Assembly: GCA_003344405.1 (NCBI GenBank)
Contig: NOWV01000029.1
Coordinates: 1-64,000 of the forward strand
Length of the DNA stretch: 64,000 bases
Direction: 5' to 3'
DNA from: Trichoplax sp. H2
Taxonomy: Eukaryota
Each line of letters opens with the position of its first letter. The stretch's first letter is position 1. Positions 53,568 through 64,000 of the stretch are shown here, in pieces. The notes below the pieces were generated by a model. The model had not been told where the DNA came from, made no database searches, and saw only the letters and a program-made list of their open reading frames with translations. Position numbers and translations under genes: made by a program.

Positions 53568-53940
53568 TGCAGCCTGGTACGACGCCTTTAAAGTGAATAA
53601 AACGTTTGTGAATCCGATAACAGAAAGAGACCAGAAAAATGAAGGGAGTTTAGCAATCAAGACTTGATATCAAGGATATCAGAATATGTAAAATTGGCAC
53701 GATAATTTCGCGTTATATGAAGGTGCTGCCTCCCGTGCCCTGTATCTCTAGTAACAATAATAATTACGTATATGCGTAATTACCTTTTATAATGACAGAT
53801 TCGCGTAATACATACGCGTCAGTAAAAACCTGTAGTACTACATATACTGTTCTCTATTCTATAACTTAAGTAAGAAGTCTACCTATCACTCAAGCAATAG
53901 CCAGTTGACAATAAGGAAAAGAGAAAAGTGCGTCGAAATA

Positions 53941-53954
53941 GTCTCCATGGTAAC
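53941..53954. promoter_or_regulatory. RFX X-box
   Basis: GTCTCCATGGTAAC, a close match to the 14-bp X-box, directly upstream of the minus-strand ciliary gene. Confidence 0.7.
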
Positions 53955-54643
53955 GATGCCACATAATATTACCAAGCCACCCTACCCTGCTTTTGCTACG
54001 TTCTTAGGCCGACTATTCATGAAACAGTCCATTTCCACAGAGTACTGAGAAGAATTCAAACCTACTTCACCGATATTAAGATATGAAGTGAAATTCTAGC
54101 TCAGCTAGTACCTTTATATCAGGGACTACAGATGATAAACGATGATTCGATAGACCGCACCGCATACGAAATTTAATTCCATGAGTCTCCAATTAACCAT
54201 GTATGTTACTATACAGACGTACAGACAAATCCGCCAAGCACCGCAGTTTGTGTCTCTTGACAGTACAGTGTACAGTGTACAGTATCATGAACGTGTACTG
54301 TACTGTACATGATAGTACTGTAGCGTTTTCTTCTACTGTACTGTACGGAGTGTATAGTAGATACAGTATAGTATGATGACAACTTATTTGCACAGTCAAG
54401 TGATAATAAAAACAAGAGTAGGCGTTATGATGACGCCTTGTGGTCAGAACTACAGTACAATAACTGGGCAGATAGGCACATTTCCTACAACTTGTAATTG
54501 CAGCTTTGCCCAGCCCACCAGCTTGAAGATGCAGTGATGGTCGATTTCAGTTCATGATTAGTAATAATTAGATGCAAGGAATACCTTGAAGGCGAATTTC
54601 TAGACTTCATTATTTCTATAGTGTATTTCTGGCTTTATTAGAT

Positions 54644-57600
54644 ATGGCTAATACATCAACGAGTAGCGAAGAACAATCAACATTAGATGCTTTCCTAGAT
54701 AGAATTCAAGTTGTCAGCGATGAATTGCAAAGTTAGTAAAACTTTCATTTTGTTTCTCATTTTCTTGGTATGTCCGATGTTGACATGCATACGTTGCTAC
54801 CTTAGATAGGTGATAATATTTACGTACATGTATTCAACTAACATTGACTTATTAGGAAGCAACAGCGAGCCTCGATTGACGACCAATAATCCTGAATTTA
54901 ACCTGACGTCGTTTTGGCAAACTCTACGTATGTTTATACACCATTTGCAACTTTGCGTATTTCTAGCTTTACCTCAACAAGGATTATCGTCTAGTTTTAC
55001 CAAATGAATATAGTATCAAGCTTATTTAAGTAGAGCTAACGGATCTAAGCAGTAATTTTATTCTTAATTGCGTTTAGATCTTAAGTGTGTTATATAGCAG
55101 CATGTAGCTATTCTGTGGTACTAATATACAAACTATTTATATACCAAACTTACAATTATCTGTTTGCCTTTTGCTCGTGCTAATAAACTATGAGAATCGT
55201 TAAAAAAAAAATAAGACGAGATTAAGCCGATTAACTGCTTAATCTGATCTTATGCGATAGCGCATCGTAGCTGTCCTTCAATAACCTTTAACAATGTTAT
55301 TTCCTCTTATAACATTATCATTTACAGTGTCCTATGTTCAAAATCTATCAACGCAAACCCTTAAACTATGTATTGTGTGGTCCAAGCCTCCCTACCCTTC
55401 GGGCAAGGTATCCAACCAATGCGTTTAGCCTATTCATACGCTTACTGTACGCATAACTATATGCGTATGGCTCACGAAATCATCTTTACCTACAATTAAT
55501 ATTTATATACTGTACTTATATAGTTTGACAGAAAGATTGAATTTGCCAACCGCTATAGTGCTTCTCTTGCTTGCACATTCGTATAATACTTGTATATCAT
55601 TCATGGTCAATAGTCACTATATTGTGTCGAGCACCTTAATCTTTGAAAACCGATAAATGTTTTTAGCTTAATTCATATCTGTCTACTAAATTATAAGTAA
55701 ACTGTAGTCAAATTAGAGTTATCAACCGATAAATCAGCTGCCTCTACTAATAATTACTTTTGCAGGTACAAATTTATAAATCTAACGCAGTTAATAGCTT
55801 CATATTTGTTGCATAACAGATTTGTACGATTAGGAACAACTTACTGATAATCATCTGATTTATTTGAAATGTTTTTAAATAATCTAATAGTTACATTATG
55901 TTTATCAGTAGCAATGTACAACTACATTATTCAACCAACCTCAGTCTGACAGATATATCTTTTCGAATTTGTTATAGGAACTAAATGAACTAATCACACC
56001 GATGGAATTGACTCTGTTTGGTGTTGCATCTTCATTTTACAGTTATCATCGATCCGCAGGTTGATATGCTCGTATACACAATATTTTTATATGTATAAGT
56101 TGTTATGCATGCTTCCTATTGGCTGTTGTAATGATAAATTGAATCAGAAATTTACTTCTGCTAACAATTTTTAACTAATATATATTTGGACATTAGGATT
56201 AACATTATACAAGCTTATCCATGGTAATGTCGCGATAACTGTATCTAACCTTCATTCTTTCATTTCTTTAACGAGTGAGATACCGAACAAAAGGTAGGAA
56301 TAACTTCGTATAGAATCAGTTATTCCCTCTATTAATTGTTTACATTTTATACATAGTATCTTGTTTGCGTTGTTATTTGTAAATTATACTTTGTTTCATT
56401 ATAAATAAAATGAATTTGATAAGGCCAACAAATACTTTAATCATAGCATATTTGTGTGACTCCAGCAATAATAGTAAACAAATTGCCTATGCAGCTGAAA
56501 AATTAGTCGAAGCGTGCGAAAATCTAGAAAAAATGCAAAAAGGTATGTATGTAACACATCGTATCTGCTATTGCGTATCAAGATTATACTAATAAATCGC
56601 CCTACCTCCATTCATTGATATGCACTTAAAATAAGAATCTAACACCGTGTATTTCTTTACTTTCGAAACTAGATAATGTGCAAGCTTGCTTACATGTAAT
56701 AAAATCTTCAAAAGATTTGTGTAAGGATGCTTTGATCGAAGCTCAACAGGTTTTTACGCCTTTTCAAATATAACCTCTGTAGTCTATTAATGCAACTCTT
56801 TAGTTACGGAAAGTAGATGTACTTAAAAGCACCCTTTCTCCTCATCTAGGCCATTGTGGATAATGGAGATGATGGCAGTGGAAGCACTTGGTCTTCTAAA
56901 GATAAAAACATTGCGTACGCTACTGTTGGATTAATGAAAGTAAAACTCTTATTTAAACCTGTGATTGAATCATGCTAAAATGATATACAGTATACCTTAC
57001 TGAGTATTTTCGTTGGATTAATGAAATTGATCGACTAGGTTACAACTGCCACCTTAAATAAATTATCGTCTACAATAAAAGCGAGTGGTTTCAGTTCCAA
57101 CGAAAGCCACAACCGCGATTTAGACAACTTGACATTAAACACTGATCAACTTAGTCCTCGGTAATGGGTCTACTACATTAATTAGCTCAAAATATATAGT
57201 GCCTGTATTACAGATTTCTACGATCTTTGCTTAAGATTAATTTCGACACGTTCAGAATTACACAACTGTAACTTTATTGCTTACATATATTCGTTAGCTT
57301 GGATAATTTGGTCATAAGCCTTTACGCTCCTGTAACTTATGAAAATGTAGAAACTTGTGTAAGTTTCATTGTTCCTACGATTGTTTCTACCATATGGTTT
57401 ATTCCTAATCAGCGTAGTCGAAAAAATTTTATTTGCTTAACGATATTGACAACACTAATAAAACGTTGTTCTATTTAATGTATCATTACATGCAGGCTTT
57501 GGACCTACACGATTGTATCCTAAATATTTTACAATTTACTAGGTAAGTTTTTAATTGAATATATGCTACAAAAAAGGCGAATTTGCCGTATTATTGATTA

Positions 57601-58591
57601 TGTTACTGATGTAATACTGTAATATGAGTAGTTCGTAACAGCATTACAGTATCATGTACTAAGATAAGGCAAGACATTATAATTGATCAAAATATTTATT
57701 ACAGTATAAGCCTTAGACTAAAAGCCAGTGCAATTAGTACGGTTATATCAAAATACTCACGCTGATTAATTACTTCAGCCGTAAATAACATGGGAGTCGG
57801 GTTATTAACATGTACATTTTCTTGTACGCAAGGACGATTTGCTATTTTTTTTAATTTTATAAAACAATGAAGTAAAGCTTTGACTCTGTATTCATTTAAC
57901 ATCTAAGGTATCCACTAAGCTAGGAATGTAACTGATTAGTTCAAACAGTATGCAGCACAATAAAAAGTCACGATGTATCTAATATATTAGATTGCGTGTA
58001 CTTTAGTGTTCTGTAACCCCACTCATACCTGTTAACAGCAATGGGTATAATATAAAGTTTACTCTATCATATAATGCTAAAATATGTAATTCTGATCGAT
58101 TTCTATGAACGCTGGGAAACATTTATTTCATGACATTACATAGTATAGACCGTCTTACTCAACTAAGCGCCATATCATCAGTAGTAGCCAGTACAGTACA
58201 AATCGCAGTATTCAAGATACATAAAAGATTAACAGATTAGAAATATATATAACTCAGTATGAAAGTGCACATACATAGACAAAATTATTTTAAATCATTT
58301 ATGGGATGAGATAAATATATTGTATGATGTTTATAGATGATAATCTGTATTTATTAAAATAAGTAGAATAGGCATATACTGTATGTACAATTGTACATAC
58401 AGCACGTAGTAAGAAAAGAATAATTAAATTTTAAGAATTAAGCTATCTTGTTGCAAATTACTGTAAAGATCATTCAAATCTGTATCTCTTTTAGGGCATC
58501 TTACTTTTGTAAAGAGGCTGATATGGAATGGATAAGTTTTTTAGAAAATGCTTGCAAGCATAATATAGAAAAAGTGAAAACCACCGTTTAA
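54644..58591 (+). CDS. CCNDBP1: Cyclin-D1-binding protein 1 (GCIP), 12 coding exons
   Basis: Exons 54644-54731, 54856-54927, 55328-55407, 55978-56059, 56197-56292, 56466-56541, 56673-56749, 56850-56939, 57039-57160, 57298-57358, 57496-57542 and 58495-58591 join in frame. Motifs EFNLTSFWQTL, WSKPPLPS, GLTL, DLCKDALIEAQQA, LSPRLDNLVISLYAP and WISFLENACKHN resemble GCIP. Confidence 0.85.
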
Positions 58592-61500
58592 GGAAAGTGA
58601 TCCATTGGTCACCATAACCACTCCTGTACTATTATTGGCAGTCAGAAGTTGTATGCAGAGCATGATTTCATGTATAGCCATTACGGTTTCATCAGTTATA
58701 AATTGTTTTAAAAGTTGATTACTAATTTGAAATATAAGTTAATGATTTCAAATTCCAGATTGATAGGCAAGTCTGATGATATCTGTTGATGTTAAAATTG
58801 ATAAAAACCAGTAAAAAACAAAACGGGGTTAATCATTTTTACCGCATGCTGCAAATAAAAAGCGTACCAACGTAGTCATATCATTTTTTGATAACATATA
58901 ATAAAAGGATTTTATCTTCTAAACAGGAAGAAATTCTTATGCATGATGTTTGTTTCTCAAATTTGAAATGTTACATTCGTTATTTAAATAGTTTAGTTGG
59001 AGAGTGCAGGGGTAGTAACTAGCTTATTTCATATTGGGAAATAAACAGAAGTAATTATTCTGTATTCTCTCACCATGTCTATGCTATGCCAAGTAATCGC
59101 AGCTACAACTCGTAGAGATATTAAAGTTATCGTTCTAAAAGTATATTACTTTAGCTTCAGATGACCTCATGAACAAAATTTAAAGACTCAGTAATTAAAA
59201 TAATACATATTAAAAATTATATCTCTACAAACTATTGAACATTTACTGCATATACGAGTATGTATAAACATCGGTTACGGCCAAAGCCCAATAATTTAAG
59301 TGAAATTACCGTATTTCGGACTTTAATATATCTATATTCCATGCCTGTACAACAATTGCAATATAATTTCATGATTAATAATTATATTCAAAGCATGACT
59401 TTTGTAATACTAATTATGCACATTTAGACATAACAACATGTAATTGAAACCGGCTTGAATTCTTTTGATAATTAAGTTCAATTAAGGTCTCTACCATACC
59501 GTATGTCTAACATTTAAGCGGCTAGCATTATTGTTATTATCACCATTCAATTTCAACCTGACACTCTTTGACTAATTTTTTATTTTATTATAGGTTAAAA
59601 TTAAATTGGACATTTTAGCTAATATAACTTAATAGCCTTAATTAATTTTAATTTATATTGTGCTCTCCAAATGCATTTTCGAAATCGTCATTCTGCATTA
59701 TCACAAATCATTCAGTAAATTACGCATAGAATGAGGATTTGGAAGCTATTGATTTCAATTGATTCTCCGAGATTATGCCAAGATAGATTTGAAGCATTTA
59801 AAGAATATAAAATGTAGCTACTTCTTTTTACTCACAAACAATATTGAAATAATAACAGTTTAACTTCAACTTTAATTCAATCCAGATAATGCTTGTACAA
59901 TACAAAAATTAGCCCTGATACAGCTTCAACGTAGATTTTCTGCTATAATCGCCATTCTAAAACATTACAGTACTGAGAGAAAACCTAATATGGCAATACA
60001 TAGATAAAACGAAGTACAAGACTGATATTGGTTTGAAATCACAGCTCTAGTAAGCTAGAATATTTTGGCAGTACTTGATATCAATTATCAGTAAAATTTA
60101 TATTTTATCATACGCAGTAGTAAGTGAATTAATGATGTTATTACGTATGCGCAAAAGACAGTGACTACTTCCAACTTGAGCTACTCGGAAAACAACTTTA
60201 AAAACCTAGTTAAGCATCTAAATACTGATCAACTCGCGGTTGTATATTGCATACATATATCTTAAACACATTACAGGTGAATAATTATATTAGTTATAAA
60301 GTTATATCGAACTAGCTCTGATTTATTGGTTATAGAACTTAATCATTATGTTCCTATTACAGTCGGCTGGCTAATAAGATACGAGACGAATCAATACGAT
60401 CAAACAAAGTTAAGGAAGAAACCTCAACATAAATATCATTGCCACAACATCATCAACTATGCATTCCATAAAATTTTTGCAGTTAAAATCTATTAACAAT
60501 GGCCATGAATATCTAGTAATATTCAAAACATTATGTACGCTATCATATCATATTAATTATCAATATCTTGGCATCATTCCATCATGTTAGATTTAATCGT
60601 ATTTTTAACCACTCCAGACAATGAAGTACATTGTTTATCCAGAGGTTAAAGGTGATTCTGTTAGTTTAAGGGAAGAAAAAATTTCTCTATTGATGTCGTT
60701 ATTATTTCTTATATAGAAGTGCCTGCTATGCAGTAATGGAAAAGAAATACCGTAAATAATTAAATAAGAATTTACGAATATAACAATACATGTAAGTAAA
60801 ATAGAGCCGAGTACTGTATTGTCATTAATGATCTCATAAGCAATTTAGCAGCGAGTTTACCATATAATAGCTTTGCTATAACGAAGAAGATTGCGAGTAA
60901 ATTAAAAAGCCTTTTAACAAACTTGATAAATAGCGCCCTAGAAATAATGTAAGAAAACGAAATAATTTTAAATGATTTAATGAAAAAAATCGCCACTTTC
61001 AGCAATTACTTTATTACTAGCTTCCGTTAAAAAATTATTTTGAATGACTATAGTACTATTTCAAGAACTCTTTGGCTAACGCAATCTTAGGCAATAAGAT
61101 ATGATAAAATAGCTAATTTTAATTTGACGCCTTTAAACAGGAAGGAAATAACCGTAATATTCGACTTTTTTAATTACCCATGAGCGAAGATTGGCAGTCA
61201 TCATTGTCAGAAATATTTAGCCATATCCTATCCGGACTGGTAATAACAGTGACTCGATAGCGACTGAGACATGTTTATAACTGGTCACCTTTTGTCACTT
61301 TTTTGACGTACTTAATTGAATGTCTTTCAATTAACGACAACTAGCGTCTAACAAAATAACGCGATTAACAATAGCCCTGATATAAATAAAAGTGAAAATC
61401 AATAATAAAAACAAATTCACAATAGGATAATAAATCCAAATTCGTAAATAACGCTGCCTCTTAAGAGGAAAGAAATATAAAGTTCTCATTTTGGGGACAG

Positions 61501-61967
61501 CGTTCTATTATTACTCATAAAGACGTTAATTAACAATCATTGTAGTTGTAACTCATGCGTGGAAAGTGGGCACTCTAAGCATAAACAGTAAAAGTAATAT
61601 GATTAGCCTATGCATTTGATAATAATTTGATATACCATAAATTGATTCATATTTCTAAAACGAAATTAAACACAGGATTTCATTTTGACGTGGTATTGTC
61701 AATCATATGAAATACAAACAATAGATACTGGTAATTTATATGTTTGGAAAGCGAAGGAAACTGTTAATGCAAGGAAATTTCTTACGGTACCTACTGTAAT
61801 GCAATCAAAATTTTAATTACGTATTTATTTATTTAATAAAATATAAATTACCCCCTTATGCTCGATATATTATCAGCAGGCATGAACAACAAGCCGATGC
61901 AAAAATACTGACTTACCCTACTGTACTTCAAAGCAAGCACCATACGATACTATACTAATTTCTCCAG

Positions 61968-63055
61968 TGTCAATGTCAGGTAGCACTGAATTCAATACTA
62001 GTTCATTTTGAACAGGTCCAGACAGACACGTCCTTTCATTTTTGAAACTCTTCCATTTATGCTCTACTGATCTGAGTTTTAAGTGGCATTTTCTTCTAAA
62101 ATTATATTCACATTCTGATAAGCTTAACAAATCGCCGCCAATAAAAGGAAATGCCGGCACTAAGTTACTTCAATTTAGGTGCAACTAATTTATGAGTGAG
62201 TTTTAAGCGGCATTTTCTTCTATAATTATTTTTACATTCTGATAAGCTTAACAAATCGCCGCCAATAAAAGGAAATGCTGGCACCAAGTTACTTCAATTT
62301 AGGTGCAACTAATTTATGAGTGAATTTTAAGTGGCATTTTCTTCTATAATTATTTTTTACATTCTGATAAGCTTAATNNNNNNNNNNNNNNNNNNNNGTC
62401 AATGTCAGGTAGCACTGAATTCAATACTAGTCCATTTTGAACAGGTCCAGACAGACACGTCCTTTCATTTTTGAAACTCTTCCATTTATGCTCTACTGAT
62501 CTGAGTTTTAAGTGGCATTTTCTTCTAAAATTATTTTTACATTCTGGCAAGCTTAATACGTCCTCTCATTTTTGAAACTCTTCCATTTATGCTCTATTGA
62601 TCTGAGTGAGTTTTAAGTGGCATTTTCTTCTAAAATTATTTTTACATTCTGATAAGCTTAATACGTCCTTTCATTTTTGAAGCTCTTCCATTTATGCTCT
62701 ACTGATCTGAGTTTTAAGTGGCATTTTCTTCTAAAATTATATTCAAATTCTGATAAGCTTAACAAATCGCCGCCAATAAAAGGAAATGCTGGCACCAAGT
62801 TACTTCAATTTAGGTGCAACTAATTTATGAGTGAATTTTAAGTGGCATTTTCTTCTATAATTATTTTTTACATTCTGATAAGCTTAATTCGTCCTTTCAT
62901 TTTTGAAAATCTTCCATTTATGCTCTACAGATCTGAGTTTTAAGTGGCATTTTCTTCTAAAATTATTTTTAAATTCTGATAAGCTTAACAAATTGCCGCC
63001 AATAAAAGGAAATGCCGACACTGAGTTACTTCAATTTAGGTGCCACTAATTTATA
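61968..63055. repeat. Composite satellite: shared core of about 55 bp alternating with two spacer types, spanning a 20-N gap
   Basis: Core gagttttaagtggcattttcttctaaaattattttttacattctgataagcttaa recurs about 8 times. It is separated by spacer A (cgtcctttcatttttgaaactcttccatttatgctctactgatct) or spacer B (caaatcgccgccaataaaaggaaatgc..aatttat). Confidence 0.9.
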
Positions 63056-64000
63056 TCTAGTCCTTCATTAAGAGCGACAGATGACCTGCTTCATTGCCAG
63101 TCAGTCAGTTACAGTTAGTTGACTCTCAATCCGTCAATAGTGACGCATTGAAGAGCATAGCGTTGGAAATTAAGTGACCCTATTAGGTGACCCTATCTTA
63201 GCAGTAGCGACCTCTGATTGGTGGGAAGTGAATACTAATCGATCGTTTGACTTTAGGCAAGCGAGTTTATTACGTCATTTCATGAAATGTAGAGCACGTC
63301 ACTCTTGCGCTTCATCTTTATCAGTAAGGTCACATTTTAGCCAATGATGCTGTCACTAAAATGGAGATATATATTATTCTTACGACAAAAATACATCGGA
63401 AATATTTCTAGATATTTCCGTGGTCTTCTTGGATCTTGAACTACTTATCAAGATCAGTTCTCCGTAACCAATGTAAGCTTTTTCTTTAAGCTTGACGTAG
63501 CAATAATCTAAGCCATCTCCTTACGTATAAACGATCCATTATCAAACTCTTTTTACAGTAAAAAATAACTCGCTTTTATATATTCTATCTATATTCGCGA
63601 GCAGCTACAAGATATATATGTTGAACATATTAGTCTATAGAGCTTAATACTAATCAAAAATATTAGCTGGCGTTCATTTTTAGATCTAAATTTGTATAGT
63701 TTCTTGCTCTCCTTTTGAAATACCTTTCAGCATGCATATAGCAGTCGATTAAATGACCATCAAAACACTAATCTGACCTTTGAGCTCCTTTTAAATCAGG
63801 TATCCAACTAATTTCCCTACCCTTATCCAATAATGAATTAGTTTGCAATTTTACAAGTAATATTAATCTACATATGTATACGCGTATACAGCATTATTAT
63901 GAGTCATGGTACGAGTACTGTGACAAGCATACAGGCTGATCTAGAACCTTGATGACAGGCTATCTACTCAGTATAACAATTAATAGAATGTAGTTATACT

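Noticed and set aside
62020..63055. CRISPR-like repeat-spacer appearance
   Set aside because: Spacers are only two recurring sequences, the repeat is about 55 bp, there are no cas genes, and the context is eukaryotic.
63270..63560. Exon-like minus-strand fragments near the window end
   Set aside because: Multiple in-frame stops and no identifiable family; cannot support a pseudogene call.

Overview
AT-rich, intron-rich animal genomic DNA. Short GT-AG introns, compact housekeeping genes and intron positions that match the vertebrate orthologues (as I recall them) suggest a placozoan (Trichoplax-like) genome; this is inference, not a database result. I assembled eight protein-coding genes by hand across splice sites: PNP (+), FITM2-like (+, intronless), a divergent 8-cysteine insulin-like peptide precursor (+), PDCD5 (+), CLPTM1L (-), CEP192/SPD-2 (+), CIMIP1/C20orf85-like (-) and CCNDBP1/GCIP (+). 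The insulin-like gene lies in an unusually gene-poor stretch (about 8.9-29.8 kb). That stretch also holds a solo-LTR-like element inserted in reverse orientation into another copy of itself (both 5-bp TSDs intact, giving an A-B-A'-B' interleaved inverted repeat), a MITE-like element, and a candidate 48-aa amidated-peptide precursor gene. Two motifs fit their neighbouring genes: an RFX X-box upstream of the ciliary gene and a palindromic CDE/CHR site at the CEP192 5' end. (TACTG/TACAG)-rich tracts recur upstream of housekeeping gene starts. Three 20-N gaps are flanked by near-identical duplicates that are probably uncollapsed haplotypes. No CRISPR array, rRNA or tRNA was recognised.
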